From: Wolbachia endosymbiont of Cimex lectularius
GTDB taxonomy: Bacteria > Pseudomonadota > Alphaproteobacteria > Rickettsiales > Anaplasmataceae
Direction of reading: 5' to 3'
Length of the DNA stretch: 32,000 nucleotides
NCBI RefSeq assembly: GCF_000829315.1
Contig: NZ_AP013028.1
Location: forward strand, 690,001 to 722,000
The translations under genes were made by a program, and so were the position numbers. The stretch's first letter is position 1; every line of letters starts with the position of its first letter. Below, in pieces: positions 9,209 through 20,723 of the stretch. Below the pieces are notes generated by a model, which worked only from the letters and a program-made list of their open reading frames with translations, was not told the DNA's origin and made no database searches.

Positions 9209-10861
9209 TTAGAATCCATTCATTCCACCCATGCCACCTGCACCCATAGGAGATGAAGCGCTTTCATCCTTGTTTGGTACATCAACTATCATGGATTCAG
9301 TAGTAATCAGTACGCTTGCAACAGATATCGCTGTTTCAAAAGCAATACGGACCACCTTCGCTGGGTCAATAACACCTGCAGTAAATGCGTTAGCATAATT
9401 CATAGCCTCAACGTTGTATATAAGCTCTTTATCATTCTGTTTAATCAAATGATCAATTATAACAGCAGACTCAAGACCAGCATTTTTGACTAATCTCTTG
9501 ATAGGAGCGCTGAGGACTTTCTTAATAATATTTACACCTATCTGTTCCTCATCACTTCCACCTTTTAGCTTATCGAGAACAGATGAAGTGTAAAGAAGTG
9601 CAACTCCACCACCTGGAACTATGCCTTCTTCAATTGCAGCTCTTGTTGCATGCAATGCATCCTCAACTCTATCTCTACGCTCTTTAACTTCTACTTCAGT
9701 TGCTCCACCAACTTTAAGCACGGCAACACCGCCCGATAGTTTTGCTAAACGCTCCCTTAGCTTTTCCTTATCGTAATCAGAAGTTGAAGTTTCAATTTGC
9801 GATTTGATCTGTTCGATTCTAGCTTTCACTCTGTCAGAGTCGCTATTTTCACTGACAATTGTGGTATTGTCTTTAGTGATTTTAACATTTTTAGCGGTAC
9901 CAAGATCTTCAAGAGTGAGATCTTCCATCTTGATTCCAAGCTCATCTTTTATGACGTACTTAGCGCCTGTTAAAGCTGCTATATCTTCAAGCATCTCTTT
10001 TCTTCTGTCACCAAAGCCTGGAGCTTTTACCGCAGCGACTTTTAAACCACCACGCAGTTTATTGATAACCAAAGTACTTAATGCTTCACCTTCAATATCC
10101 TCTGCAATAATAAGTAAAGATCTACCAGACTTAACAACAGCTTCAAGAACAGGAAGTAGAGGTTGGATAATATTCAGTTTTTTCTCTGTAATTAAGAGAT
10201 ATGGATCATCAAGCTCCACAATCATTTTTTCATTGTTCGTAATAAAGTACGGAGAAAGATAACCACGATCAAACTGCATACCAGTAGTAAGCTCAACTTC
10301 TAACTCTTTTGAACCCTTACTTTCTTCAACAGTGATCACACCTTCTTTTCCTACCTTTTTAACGGCATCAGCAATGCTACTACCAATATCTCTATCACCA
10401 TTTGCAGAAATGATAGCAACTTGCGCTACTTCATCTACCTTCTCCAAAGAAATTGTGCGAGACATCGATGCAATTTCCTTTAATACTACATCTTTTGCCT
10501 TCTGCATTCCGTTTTTAATGCTAACACGATCATTTCCGGCAGCAATTGATTTTGAAGCCTCCATTATCATGTTGCTAGTTAGTATTGAGCACGTTGTTGT
10601 ACCATCACCAACTTTATCATTACATTGAGAGCAGCTTTGAGCAAAGATGCTTGTTATTGCAGCATTTAATGGTTTTTCAGGCTTGATACCCTTCATTACC
10701 TTATAACCATCTTTTGTAATTTCTGGTGCTCCATAGGGCTTGTTAATCCCTACTGTTTTTCCCCTAGGCCCTGCAGTTACTGCTACTGTTGAGTCTACTA
10801 CTGCTGCAACTTCACGAAAAGCTTCTTGCAACTGCTCGCCTGACACTACTACATTAGTCAT
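9209..10861 (-). CDS. groL: Chaperonin GroEL (60 kDa)
   Basis: [37 protein letters not shown]...[10 protein letters not shown]...[14 protein letters not shown]; the ORF track start is 3 codons upstream at 10870. Confidence 0.98.
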   Translation of the reverse strand: MTNVVVSGEQLQEAFREVAAVVDSTVAVTAGPRGKTVGINKPYGAPEITKDGYKVMKGIKPEKPLNAAITSIFAQSCSQCNDKVGDGTTTCSILTSNMIMEASKSIAAGNDRVSIKNGMQKAKDVVLKEIASMSRTISLEKVDEVAQVAIISANGDRDIGSSIADAVKKVGKEGVITVEESKGSKELEVELTTGMQFDRGYLSPYFITNNEKMIVELDDPYLLITEKKLNIIQPLLPVLEAVVKSGRSLLIIAEDIEGEALSTLVINKLRGGLKVAAVKAPGFGDRRKEMLEDIAALTGAKYVIKDELGIKMEDLTLEDLGTAKNVKITKDNTTIVSENSDSDRVKARIEQIKSQIETSTSDYDKEKLRERLAKLSGGVAVLKVGGATEVEVKERRDRVEDALHATRAAIEEGIVPGGGVALLYTSSVLDKLKGGSDEEQIGVNIIKKVLSAPIKRLVKNAGLESAVIIDHLIKQNDKELIYNVEAMNYANAFTAGVIDPAKVVRIAFETAISVASVLITTESMIVDVPNKDESASSPMGAGGMGGMNGF

Positions 10862-10962
10862 TTTTATCACCTCTTGTTAATAAGAAATTTAGAAAACTAT
10901 AATAAAATCACTTACAATGCACTATGTTGTGCTTTGTTTTAGTTTAGTAAAAATAAAAGCTG

Positions 10963-11253
10963 CTACTTAACGATAGCAAGTATATCGGACTCTTTCATTA
11001 CTATAAACTTTTCATCGCCGTGCTCTATCTCCGTACCAGCCCATTGCCGATAAAACACTTTATCACCAGCTTTTACAGTTAAAGCTATGCGTTCACCACT
11101 TGAATTGCGTGAACCCTCACCAGCTGCTATAACTTCACCTTTAATAGGTTTCTTTTCAGCACTCGATGGAAGCACGATCCCACCTTGTTTTTCTTCGCTG
11201 ATAGGCTTAATCAGAACACTATCATCCAATACACTTAAGTTTATACTTGACAT
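10963..11253 (-). CDS. groS: Co-chaperonin GroES (10 kDa)
   Basis: [39 protein letters not shown]...[33 protein letters not shown]; directly upstream of groEL. Confidence 0.98.
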   Translation of the reverse strand: MSSINLSVLDDSVLIKPISEEKQGGIVLPSSAEKKPIKGEVIAAGEGSRNSSGERIALTVKAGDKVFYRQWAGTEIEHGDEKFIVMKESDILAIVK

Positions 11254-11398
11254 TTATTTTTCCTCATAAATAAATTAACCTATAAACTTATATATGTACT
11301 TGTAAGCCGGATTTCAAGGGCTGAGGCTTGTAAAATATAAGAAGACGAAGTGTGCCTAATATTATATAGTAAAATTTAGGTTTATTGACAGAAATTGT

Positions 11399-12193
11399 AT
11401 GAGTTATATACCATTACAAAGCCGTGGTGTAATAGTTTTATACGGGCCAGACACAAGGGATTTCCTGCAGGGTATTATAACAAATGACATTAATAAGTTA
11501 GATAGCCAAAAGGCTATTTACTCTTTATTGCTTAGCCCCCAGGGAAAGTACTTATACGATTTTTTTCTGATTAGATATGGTAAATATATCCTCTTGGAAT
11601 GCGAAAATATGCACTTGCAGCAAATAATTGAGAAACTGGATTTGCTTAAAACTTACCTGAGAGTGAAGATTAAAGACGTTAGTTCATTGTATAAGGTTGG
11701 AGTTTTGTTTAATACTAAGTCAACAGAATGTAATGAGTCACAAATTATTTTTCAAGATCCAAGGCACAAATCCTTGGGAATGAGGATCATACATAAAGGC
11801 GAAATAAAGCAGCCAGCCGGAAATTTTACTCAATACGAAAAAGTTAGAATTCAAAACCTCGTTCCAGATGGAGCAAGAGATATGGTGCAGAATTCGTCGT
11901 TTCCGCTGCAATATTTAATCGATAAGGTCAACGGAATAAGCTTCAATAAGGAGTGTTATATAGGCCAGGAAGTTGTAAATCGAATGAGCAGGCAAGAAAC
12001 GTTCAGAAGAAAACTTTACCTTGTTGAGGGAAATAGCGCACTTCCAAATATCGGTACTAAAGTCACAAATGAGAACAATGAAGAAATAGGCGAACTGCGC
12101 TCTAGCGTAGACAATATTGGACTTGCATTGCTTTACACTGGGAAAAGCCACGCCAATTTATGTACTGGTGGGGTCAAAATATCTGCGCGTTAA
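11399..12193 (+). CDS. ygfZ: Folate-binding YgfZ/GcvT-domain protein
   Basis: DFLQGIITNDINKL...AIYSLLLSPQGKYLYDFFLI and conserved K-x-C-Y-x-G-Q-E motif (KECYIGQEVVNRM). Confidence 0.9.
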   Translation: MSYIPLQSRGVIVLYGPDTRDFLQGIITNDINKLDSQKAIYSLLLSPQGKYLYDFFLIRYGKYILLECENMHLQQIIEKLDLLKTYLRVKIKDVSSLYKVGVLFNTKSTECNESQIIFQDPRHKSLGMRIIHKGEIKQPAGNFTQYEKVRIQNLVPDGARDMVQNSSFPLQYLIDKVNGISFNKECYIGQEVVNRMSRQETFRRKLYLVEGNSALPNIGTKVTNENNEEIGELRSSVDNIGLALLYTGKSHANLCTGGVKISAR

Positions 12194-12250
12194 GGTGCTT
12201 GGGTCTAAGTTAAGGCAGTGCATGCACTGGCCATAGAAATAAAAAACTAC

Positions 12251-12279
12251 TTGACAACCTTCGCTAGCGCCTTTACAAT
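12251..12279 (+). promoter_or_regulatory. Sigma70-like promoter, repeat family
   Basis: TTGACA (12251-12256), 17-nt spacer, TACAAT (12274-12279). Confidence 0.6.
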
Positions 12280-12569
12280 AGAATTGTGGGTGTTTTAGGC
12301 CTAAAATTTATCTTTAATCTTGTATTAAGTGACAAAAGCACAGTATAAAACAAGGCGTGTTATGTTTTATTTTTGCAGCATGGACACTGCATGTCTTTAT
12401 AATCTTTTGTCTACATTAGCTGAGCCTCACTTATTAAGCGGTGTAAGAGAGAATCGGACGCCAAGTTTTTGAGAGAACAGTAAACAACTCACGTTGCGGG
12501 TTTTTTTTTGTCTTTTTTTTAAATTAGTTAAAATTTTAACCAATCTCATTTTTTTCACAAAAAAACTGC

Positions 12570-12598
12570 TTGACAAGTTTCGACATTTCCCTTATCAT
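12570..12598 (+). promoter_or_regulatory. Sigma70-like promoter, repeat family
   Basis: TTGACA (12570-12575), 17-nt spacer, TATCAT (12593-12598). Confidence 0.65.
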
Positions 12599-12858
12599 AA
12601 ATTATGGGTATTTACAACCCCAAGTTCAGCTACTTGTTAAGCGTATAGAGCATTAACGCCAAGTTATTAAAATGGATATTGACCAGGGTTTCTTTTGCCT
12701 TTTTCTCCATTTAGTAAATTTCTTAAATATTTATTACTAAAGTAGTATCCTGGGATGGCAGGAGAAGGAGCTACTTGGATGACACCCTCCTGGTAGGCTC
12801 GAATCACAGTGTTCATACAGTTGTAAGCGATACAGATTGGGCAGTCCTGGCTACTAAT

Positions 12859-13968
12859 CTATATATTTCTAAACGCAATACGCTTACGAAATTTTAGTGT
12901 AAGAGCTTGGTTTCTACTAAAAGACAGCATTATGCCAAGTGCAATGCTTGAAGATAAAAGAGAAGAGCCGCCATAGCTAAGTAATGGCAAAGTTATACCA
13001 GTGGTGGGAAAAATGCTTAACGTTACCCCTATGTTTATTATAAATTGTGCGATAAATTGAATCGAAATACCGAGAATTGCCAGCAGATTGAATAATTCAC
13101 TTTCTCTATATGCAACATAGAGTAAACGAGCGGAAATGATGCCAAACAACATCAATGTGGCTAAACACACAATCAAGCCAAATTCTTCTGCTAAAACAGA
13201 AAATACAAAATCTGTATGACAATCAGGAAGAGAGATTTTTACGCTACCTTCGCCAGGTCCAACACCGGTTAACTGGCCTTTTTTGAAAGCTTCCAATGAT
13301 TTTATAACTTGGAAATTATCACGCTGTGTAAAAAAGAGAAAATTGTAAACCCTTTGCTTTATATGCGGGAAACACAAGTAAGCCGCCGCAATTCCAGTTG
13401 TGACTATTCCTACTATGCATACAAAGTATAGAAGTGGTATACATGCAATAAACATTTGGCCGACAAAAGAATATGTCAAAAGCATAGACATACTGAAATC
13501 AGGCTGCAAAAGCAGCAATGTAAAAAACAACAAAAATATTATAATTGATATGTGAATTTTAAACTTCATTCCGCTAGCCAGGACACTAGCCATAACAACG
13601 GAAAAAAATGGCCTTACAAACTCAGATGGTTGAATTGAAATTTTGAAAATATGTAACCATCGTCTCGCGCCTTTTGTTTCCATGCCAAGTATTACCACAG
13701 CTACCATTAGAATAATAAATAGAGTAAAACCCGCAAGCGAGAGGTTAAGTATGGTTTTTATATTGAGAAAAGAAAATGTTACTAGGGTAACCAGTGACAG
13801 AACTATATAAACTGTATGGCGCTGTATAAAATAATTTTGCGGTAAAGAAAGGCGCTGTGCAATTGCAGGACTTGCCGAATGAACGAGAACGAAGCTTATA
13901 GTCAGCAAAAGGACTACTGGAATAATGAGATAATAATCTAGTGTTCTATACCAGAGTTTAATGTTCAT
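12859..13968 (-). CDS. ftsW: Lipid II flippase / cell-division protein FtsW (SEDS family)
   Basis: [24 protein letters not shown]...[34 protein letters not shown]...[12 protein letters not shown]. Confidence 0.93.
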   Translation of the reverse strand: MNIKLWYRTLDYYLIIPVVLLLTISFVLVHSASPAIAQRLSLPQNYFIQRHTVYIVLSLVTLVTFSFLNIKTILNLSLAGFTLFIILMVAVVILGMETKGARRWLHIFKISIQPSEFVRPFFSVVMASVLASGMKFKIHISIIIFLLFFTLLLLQPDFSMSMLLTYSFVGQMFIACIPLLYFVCIVGIVTTGIAAAYLCFPHIKQRVYNFLFFTQRDNFQVIKSLEAFKKGQLTGVGPGEGSVKISLPDCHTDFVFSVLAEEFGLIVCLATLMLFGIISARLLYVAYRESELFNLLAILGISIQFIAQFIINIGVTLSIFPTTGITLPLLSYGGSSLLSSSIALGIMLSFSRNQALTLKFRKRIAFRNI

Positions 13969-14663
13969 TTTGTTCCAATGTGTAATGCCACTATTCCATA
14001 GCTCATATTATGAAACTCAACATTCTTAAAGCCTACTTCTTCAATTTCAATTTTAAACTCAGCTTGAGTTGGAAACTCCCTGATGCTTTTCACCAAATAT
14101 TCATAGGAACTCTTATCTTTAGCAACTATGCTGCCAATTTTGGGAATTACTTTAAATGAATATAAGTCATAAAATTTGGTGAACATTTCATTTTGATAGT
14201 GCATAGGGGCAAACTCCAGGCAGATAAATTGCCCATTTGGTTTTAATACCCTGTATGCTTCACTTAAAGCCTTCTTGCGATCGGAAACGTTTCGAATGCC
14301 AAAGGCTACTGTGCAACAATCAAATTCGAAATCTTCAAAAGGCAAACTTTCTGCATCTGCACACACCCAATTAAAATTAAGCTGGTTTGCATTTATAGTT
14401 TTATCACGGCCTCTGCTTAGCATATTTTGATTTATATCACATATTGTGATCTGAGCACTTGGTTCTCTTTTCGCTATTCTTATTGCTATATCTCCAGTTC
14501 CTCCAGCGATATCCAAAACCTTAGAGTTTTTTGTAAAATGCACACTATTTACCATCTTATCCTTCCATAGCCTGTGCATTCCAAGGCTCATTATATCATT
14601 CATAACATCGTAGCGATTTGCTACGGAATCGAACACCTCTTTAACCAATTGTGATTTATCCAT
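13965..14663 (-). CDS. ubiE: Demethylmenaquinone/2-polyprenylbenzoquinol methyltransferase UbiE
   Basis: [26 protein letters not shown]...[12 protein letters not shown]...[24 protein letters not shown]; 4-nt overlap with ftsW. Confidence 0.95.
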   Translation of the reverse strand: MDKSQLVKEVFDSVANRYDVMNDIMSLGMHRLWKDKMVNSVHFTKNSKVLDIAGGTGDIAIRIAKREPSAQITICDINQNMLSRGRDKTINANQLNFNWVCADAESLPFEDFEFDCCTVAFGIRNVSDRKKALSEAYRVLKPNGQFICLEFAPMHYQNEMFTKFYDLYSFKVIPKIGSIVAKDKSSYEYLVKSIREFPTQAEFKIEIEEVGFKNVEFHNMSYGIVALHIGTK

Positions 14664-14969
14664 ACCCTTCTCGATTTTTATTTAGGCATTACGTAAAATC
14701 GTTGAACGCCTTTTATCATAAAAGTATATCCAGTATTCTGCTGCTGGAATACCTTCTTAATTTTTAATCATGTCTTGCAATATTATACTAAATTTTGTGC
14801 CATTTATTATAAGTTAAGTCAACTCAAGTACATTTGAAGTTTTTTATTGAAACAGGCGAAAATTCTTCCTGTATATCAGCAAAATACTAAAAAAACTATC
14901 GTCTTTCTTTATTGAAAAATTAAAAAAGATGCTGTATACTTGTTACAGTAGTAGATTTTGGTAAAACTT

Positions 14970-15182
14970 ATGGCAAACTCAAGAATTAACATCACTGAAG
15001 GAACTTTAAGAGATCTTACTCGTTTGGCTAGAGTAAAAAAACAGCCTGTTTAAGAGCTAATAGAGGAATTGGTACAAGAAGCAATTGAACGTGAAGAAGA
15101 TATAGCGTTATTTAAACTTGCTGTTAAACGTGACACCCGGAATGCAAAATTAATTAGACATGAAGACATCAACTGGGAATAA
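14970..15182 (+). pseudogene. RelB/antitoxin-like gene with in-frame stop
   Basis: MANSRINITEGTLRDLTRLARVKKQPV*ELIEELVQEAIEREEDIALFKLAVKRDTRNAKLIRHEDINWE*; TAA at 15051-15053; overlaps the toxin gene start as in relBE operons. Confidence 0.75.
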
Positions 15183-15417
15183 GCACCAAATTTATTATGA
15201 GGAAGATGCGGTCTACGAAGACCTTCCAGCTCTTCCTAAAACAATAAGATTGAGAGTTAAAGAAGCAATAAAAGAACGTCTTTCAGATTTTCCTGATAAA
15301 GCAGGAAAGCCTCTATTAGGTGAACTTAAAGGATCCCGTAGAATGCAAGTAGGTGATTACCGTGTGATTTATGAAGTAGACGATTTAGAACATATGGTAG
15401 AGTGCAATAAGACATAG
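15160..15417 (+). pseudogene. RelE/ParE-family toxin, C-terminally frameshifted
   Basis: KTIRLRVKEAIKERLSDFPDKAGKPLLGELKGSRRMQVGDYRVIYEVDDLEHMVECNKT*; a single-nt shift restores ...AIRHRKLASLKQLLERQRE. Confidence 0.75.
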
Positions 15418-15545
15418 GAAACTAGCATCACTAAAACAGCTACTTGAGCGACAGAGAGGAACTTTCGAATCACTTGGTTAAATTAATGTAACCAATGAGG
15501 AAAATGTATTATAATAAAACTTTTATAGCTCAGCGAATCCATTAA

Positions 15546-16742
15546 GTGGCAATACAAAATATTATCTCTCTTATCATGATATTATCTGTAGCAATTGCCG
15601 ATATGGCAACTGACCTGTATTCAGTTGCATTACCGAGCATTGCCCATTATTTTGAAGTAGAAGGCCATGTGGTGCAGCTTACAATCAGCTTAAATTTGGT
15701 TGGACTTGCGATATCCGGATTAATTTATGGTCCACTATCCGACCATTATGGTAGGCGTCCAATCATGCTGATTGGTATGGCAATTTTTACTTTGGCGAGT
15801 ATTACATGTTACATAGCTGACAATATTGCGCTCTTAATACTCATTCGCTTTATACAAGGAATAGGGGCTGGTGTTACAAGTGTAGTTGGGTATGCAGCAA
15901 TAAGGGATATGTACTCAGGTAGTGAATACTCAAGAGTAATTTCAAAGTTAAATATGGTAGTAGCGCTTTCACCTGGGATAGCTCCAGTGGTAGGCAGTTA
16001 TATAATTTCAAGTGGGTACAGTTGGAAATTTTTGTTTTTTATTATATCATTCGCAGCAATTGTTATGCTCGTTTTTATTTACTTTAAGTTACAAGAAACA
16101 CTCACTATAAGTAAAAGTGAAACCAGTATAACTAGAGTAATAGTCAGTATTCCTAAACAATATATATCAATATTTAGAAATCATCGTTTCCTTGGGTTCG
16201 CAGCCATCCATGGATTAACGTTCATGTGGCTTTGGGCGTATATTGCTAACTACCCTTTCATATTTGAGTCTATGGGTGTTGAAGTACAATATTTTGGTTA
16301 TCTAATATCAATCATAGTTATATTTTACATAATTGGAACTTTGATTAACAGAAGATATGTACCAAAAGTAGGGGTTAGCCGGATGTTAATAATAGGTTTG
16401 ATGTTGCCAATAATACCTGAGAGTTTGCTGGTATATTTTTACTCTATAGGCAAATTAAACGTGTTTGTCCTTCAAACTGTTTGGATTCCAAGCAATATAG
16501 GTCTTGCACTCGTAATAAGCAACAACGTAACCTCTGCGTTAGAAGCAACCAAAAGTATAGGGCTTGGCAGTGCAGTTCTCTCATTTTGCAATATGATGTT
16601 TGGAGCCATCGGAGTATATATAGTAGGAAAATTCTTTTCTTACGGTATTTTATCAAATTTGCTATTGACAATAACATGCTCTATAATTGCGGTTCTCATA
16701 TACTGCCTACTCAGATGTACTGAAAAATATTCAAAAGACTGA
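15546..16742 (+). CDS. MFS transporter, Bcr/CflA-like drug efflux
   Basis: DMATDLYSVALPSIAHYFEVEGHVVQLTISLNLVGLAISGLIYGPLSDHYGRRPIMLIGMAIFTLAS...RFIQGIGAG. Confidence 0.9.
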   Translation: MAIQNIISLIMILSVAIADMATDLYSVALPSIAHYFEVEGHVVQLTISLNLVGLAISGLIYGPLSDHYGRRPIMLIGMAIFTLASITCYIADNIALLILIRFIQGIGAGVTSVVGYAAIRDMYSGSEYSRVISKLNMVVALSPGIAPVVGSYIISSGYSWKFLFFIISFAAIVMLVFIYFKLQETLTISKSETSITRVIVSIPKQYISIFRNHRFLGFAAIHGLTFMWLWAYIANYPFIFESMGVEVQYFGYLISIIVIFYIIGTLINRRYVPKVGVSRMLIIGLMLPIIPESLLVYFYSIGKLNVFVLQTVWIPSNIGLALVISNNVTSALEATKSIGLGSAVLSFCNMMFGAIGVYIVGKFFSYGILSNLLLTITCSIIAVLIYCLLRCTEKYSKD

Positions 16743-16809
16743 TTATATAGTAAGCCGGTTCTTTTTTTCTGGCATTCAGATACTGGAATTTCATATAGTT
16801 ATGTAGGGT

Positions 16810-18960
16810 CTACTGAGCGCAAACCAATTTCTCGCACACACATTTTACTATATGATCAGCACTGATATTAAAATGCTTATAAAGTGTTTTATAAGGTGCT
16901 GATTCTCCAAAACTTTTCATACCGATAAATACTCCATTTGAACCTATATATTTATGCCAACCCATTTCACTTCCAGCTTCAATTGCAACTTTAATGCTGT
17001 CATTATTTAATATTGCTGCTTTATACTCATCACTTTGCTCGTCAAAAAGCCTCCAGCATGGCATAGAAACAACTCTTGTACCTATGCCTTTTTCCTGCAA
17101 TTTTTTCCCTGCTTCAACTGCAATTTCAACCTCAGATCCGGTGGCAAATATCGTTACTTCTAGCTCCCCTGAATATTCGCACAGGGTGTATGCACCAAAC
17201 TTCGATAGGTTGGCGGATTGATCAATTCCAAAGTGGAATTTGCGCATGTAATTCACATTTTGCCTTGAAAGTGCAAGCAGTGCGGGTGACTCTTTTTTTT
17301 CCAGTGCAATGCTGATGCACTCCAGAGTTTCGATTGCATCGGCTGGTCTAAAAACGTACAAATTTGGTATAGCACGAAGAGAGGCTAAATGCTCTATCGG
17401 CTGATGAGTTGGACCATCCTCCCCTACTCCGATTGAGTCGTGAGTCATTACATATATAACCTGCTGTCTCATCAAGGCTGAAAGACGTATAGCAGGGCAG
17501 CAATAATCGGAAAACACCAAGAAAGTGCCACCGTAAGGAAGAATTCCGCCATGAAGAGCCATGCCGTTCATACAAGCTGCCATAGCGTGTTCTCTCACTC
17601 CATAGTGGACATAAGAACCACTATAATCATTGCTATTTATTACCTCCATATGCTTATATTTAGTGCAATTTGACCCAGTAAGATCAGCAGACCCACCAAT
17701 TAATTCCGGCATGGACTTAGTTAAGAGTTCCATTACCTTGCCAAAAGAGGACCGTGTAGCTTCGTTTGGCATTGCCTCGTGTATTTGTTTCTTTAGGTTA
17801 GCCAAATCGCTCTCTATATTATCTGGTAAACGTTTCGCAAGTCTTCTTTGCAGTTCTTTATTTTCACTGGATTCCAGTGTCACGCACTGGAATGACACCG
17901 AATTGTTGATATTATCCGGCAAACGCTGTTTTTGAAGTTCTGCGTAATCCTCTGTTATTCCAGTTTCACTCTTTGTCATCCCAGCTCCACTCTTTGTCAT
18001 ACCAGTGCTTGACACTGGGATCCATTCTTTTTCTTCTTCACTGGTCAAGTGCTGGAACGACATCGAATTGTAATTTTGTTTTGCTCTCTCAACTGTTTCC
18101 ATCCAGGCATTTTTCACATCCTTTGGCACATGAAATGGTTCGTGGTTCCAATTTAATCTCTCTCTCATCTTTTTTATATCTTCCTCCGTAAAAGCACCAC
18201 TATGAGCAGAAGATGTACCGGCACGGCTTGAAAATTTCCCAATGATGGTTTTGCAGCAAATAAGCGACGGCTTGTCAGATTTTTGCGCTTGCTCTATTGC
18301 AAGCGCTATGGAGTTAAAATCATGACCATCAATTTTGTTAACATTCCACCCATAAGCTGAAAAACGCTTTTCCACGTCATCAGAACAAGAAAGGCTAGCA
18401 GTACCATCTATAGAGATGTCATTATCATCAAAAAGGGCTATCAACTTATTCAATTTAAGATGTCCAGCAAGTGATGCTGCTTCATGGCTTATTCCTTCCA
18501 TAAGACAGCCATCTCCTAGCATTACATAAGTGTAATGCTTAATTCCAAACTGCTTTTCAAGGATCGATTCAGCAAGTGCCATGCCAACTGAAGTGGCGAG
18601 CCCCTGCCCTAGTGGACCTGTTGTTGCTTCTATTCCTGGAGTCAAGCCAAACTCTGGATGACCTGGAGTTTTGGATGTGAGTTGCCTGAAGTTCTTTAAC
18701 TCATCTATACTAATGTAGCCTGTGAGGTATAATATGGAGTACAGCAGCATTGAACCATGGCCGTTTGATAAAACGAAACGGTCTCTGTTGAACCATTTAG
18801 AATCATCAGGGTTGTGATTTAGATATTTAGCAAATAAAACAGTTGCAACATCTGCCATGCCAAGTGGCATACCTGGGTGCCCAGAGTTTGCTTTTTGTAC
18901 TGCATCAATTGACAAAAAGCGGATAGCATTTGCCATAGATTCCAAAGGTAGATGGTTCAT
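16810..18960 (-). CDS. tkt: Transketolase (with an atypical central insertion)
   Basis: [29 protein letters not shown]...[16 protein letters not shown]...[16 protein letters not shown]; insert described in findings. Confidence 0.95.
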   Translation of the reverse strand: MNHLPLESMANAIRFLSIDAVQKANSGHPGMPLGMADVATVLFAKYLNHNPDDSKWFNRDRFVLSNGHGSMLLYSILYLTGYISIDELKNFRQLTSKTPGHPEFGLTPGIEATTGPLGQGLATSVGMALAESILEKQFGIKHYTYVMLGDGCLMEGISHEAASLAGHLKLNKLIALFDDNDISIDGTASLSCSDDVEKRFSAYGWNVNKIDGHDFNSIALAIEQAQKSDKPSLICCKTIIGKFSSRAGTSSAHSGAFTEEDIKKMRERLNWNHEPFHVPKDVKNAWMETVERAKQNYNSMSFQHLTSEEEKEWIPVSSTGMTKSGAGMTKSETGITEDYAELQKQRLPDNINNSVSFQCVTLESSENKELQRRLAKRLPDNIESDLANLKKQIHEAMPNEATRSSFGKVMELLTKSMPELIGGSADLTGSNCTKYKHMEVINSNDYSGSYVHYGVREHAMAACMNGMALHGGILPYGGTFLVFSDYCCPAIRLSALMRQQVIYVMTHDSIGVGEDGPTHQPIEHLASLRAIPNLYVFRPADAIETLECISIALEKKESPALLALSRQNVNYMRKFHFGIDQSANLSKFGAYTLCEYSGELEVTIFATGSEVEIAVEAGKKLQEKGIGTRVVSMPCWRLFDEQSDEYKAAILNNDSIKVAIEAGSEMGWHKYIGSNGVFIGMKSFGESAPYKTLYKHFNISADHIVKCVCEKLVCAQ
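17855..18063 (-). repeat. Palindromic repeat-derived, in-frame insertion within tkt
   Basis: Reading (tkt strand) GATCCCAGTGTCAAGCACTGGTATGAC...GTGTCATTCCAGTGCGTGACACTGGAATCC; protein [69 protein letters not shown]. Confidence 0.75.
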
Positions 18961-19073
18961 ATGTCAATAGAAAAACTTAAAAGTGAAGTATAAGAAATTA
19001 AACTGGCAAAAACAAGTTGACACTTAATGCTAAAATCCTTAATAATCTAGAGTTAGATTGTGAGAGTTTTTAT

Positions 19074-19688
19074 ATGACAACTGTTATCAATAGAAAGTAT
19101 AGAATCAGCCGTAGGCTTGGTATAAATTTGTGGGGTAGGGCAAAAGATCCAGTAAACAAAAGGAAATACCCTCCAGGTCAGCACGGTATTCTTGGATTCA
19201 AAAGATTATCTGATTTTGGTAAGCAATTCGCTGCACATAAGAAATTTAAGTTTTATTATGCAATTTCAAGTAAGCAACTCAGGCGTATATTCTTAGATGC
19301 TTATAACAGAAAAGGTTACACAGCTGATAATTTTATTGGTATCTTAGAATCAAGGTTAAGTTCTATTTTGTATCACTCTGGCCTTGTACCAACAATTTAT
19401 TCAGCAAAACAGCTCATATCTCATGAGCATGTTACAGTTAATGATGAAGTGGTTAATATATCGAGCTATCGAGTAAAATCTGGTGATATAATAAAAATAA
19501 GAGAGAGAGCAGCAAAAATCCCTATAGTAGTAGAGGCTGCGGAAAAACAAGAACGCAAGGCTCCAGACTATTTAGAAACAAACAGTAAGGAGCATTCAGT
19601 GAAGTTTTTAAGAGTGCCTCAATACTCTGAAGTTCCTTACTCAGCGGATATGGAAGTTAATTTAGTAGTAGAGTTCTACTCTAGGTAA
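19074..19688 (+). CDS. rpsD: 30S ribosomal protein S4
   Basis: [38 protein letters not shown]...[47 protein letters not shown]; the track's 19017 start adds 19 non-homologous residues. Confidence 0.97.
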   Translation: MTTVINRKYRISRRLGINLWGRAKDPVNKRKYPPGQHGILGFKRLSDFGKQFAAHKKFKFYYAISSKQLRRIFLDAYNRKGYTADNFIGILESRLSSILYHSGLVPTIYSAKQLISHEHVTVNDEVVNISSYRVKSGDIIKIRERAAKIPIVVEAAEKQERKAPDYLETNSKEHSVKFLRVPQYSEVPYSADMEVNLVVEFYSR

Positions 19689-19698
19689 AATAAAAAAA

Positions 19699-19785
19699 GC
19701 CCGTGTGGCGGAATCGGTAGACGCAGCGGACTTAAAATCCGTGGGTTTTGCGACCTTGGGAGTTCAAGTCTCCCCATGGGCACCA
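19699..19785 (+). tRNA. tRNA-Leu (anticodon UAA)
   Basis: GCCCGTGTGGCGGAATCGGTAGACGCAGCGGACTTAAAATCCGTGGGTTTTGCGACCTTGGGAGTTCAAGTCTCCCCATGGGCACCA: acceptor stem pairs, long variable arm, TTCAAGTC T-loop, encoded CCA. Confidence 0.97.
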
Positions 19786-19813
19786 ATTTAGTTTGGCAGA
19801 GTGTTCAAGAAAT

Positions 19814-20008
19814 ATGAAATGGTTTGATATAGAAGACATCGCAGAAGCTTTAGAGGAAAAATTTCCAGACGAAGATATAGTTAATATCAGGTTTACTGAG
19901 CTTAAAAAAAAGGTCTTGGGTTTAGAAGGATTTGACGATGATGAAAAACGTTGTAACGAAAAAATACTCGAAGCCATTCAAGTAGCTTGGATTGGAGAAA
20001 GATCTTAG
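19814..20008 (+). CDS. iscX: Fe-S cluster assembly protein IscX
   Basis: MKWFDIEDIAEALEEKFPDEDIVNIRFTELKKKVLGLEGFDDDEKRCNEKILEAIQVAWIGERS. Confidence 0.92.
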   Translation: MKWFDIEDIAEALEEKFPDEDIVNIRFTELKKKVLGLEGFDDDEKRCNEKILEAIQVAWIGERS

Positions 20009-20114
20009 ACCGCTGTTAAACGATCTAATTAGCGCTCCTTTTCTGTTATTCCAGTGCCCCTTTCTTGTCATCCAAGTAGCTGACACTAGAATCCAGGATA
20101 CTACTTTAGTTATA

Positions 20115-20545
20115 AATATTTAAAAAGTTTACCAAGCGAGAAAAAAAGCAAAAGAAGCCCTGGTCGGTGGCTAATTATTTATATGTACCTCAAATATCGG
20201 CGTTTTTATTCTCAGCGCTACGATTCAGCTACTTTTAAATGCAACTAACCAAAATTGTAAACGTTAAGAAATTTACTAAGCAGAAAAAAAGGCGAAAAAA
20301 CTCTAAGGCAGCTAGTATTCAAATTCTCCCTTGTCTATTTGACGTTCTATACTGTCTTAAACGACTTATAAGCGCGTTTCAGCTTGTATAGATAAAAACC
20401 AGAAGTTTTAAAAGACGTAAGGTGCACATAGTGCAAAAATTTAAACATGAGACGCCAAATACCCTAAGTTTTTTGTCATTAACCTGCACAGATTGCGAAG
20501 ATAAACAAATAGCTTCATAATAACAAGGTTGGTGAAGGTTGTCAA
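20115..20545 (-). repeat. Composite non-coding repeat (modules A+B) with promoter
   Basis: Diverged copy of 27500-27927: shared CTTAAACGACTTATAAGCGCGTTTCAGCTTGTAT, CCTGCACAGATTG, ACAAATAGCTTCA, AAATTTAC[CT]AGCG/CAG blocks. Confidence 0.8.
20517..20545 (-). promoter_or_regulatory. Sigma70-like promoter, repeat family
   Basis: Minus strand: TTGACA (20545-20540), 17-nt spacer, TATTAT (20522-20517). Confidence 0.6.
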
Positions 20546-20723
20546 GTAGTTTTTTTCGTTTCTATTGCTAAAAAATCTGAATCCAGCTAGCTGCGCATAG
20601 TTGGTAACAGCTTAGAAAGCAGATTTTAAGCTTAAAATTATACCTAAAAAAAATAACTTGATTGTGTATGCTAATATGCGTATATGCTAGATTTATTATT
20701 GATCTCATTAAAGGAGGGTTATT

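Noticed and set aside
9804-10628. Long plus-strand ORFs of 152 and 98 aa opposite groEL
   Set aside because: Antisense shadows of a fully conserved gene; the translations are low-complexity and do not resemble a protein family.
17348-18191. Small ORFs on both strands within tkt
   Set aside because: They arise from alternative frames of transketolase and its palindromic insert.
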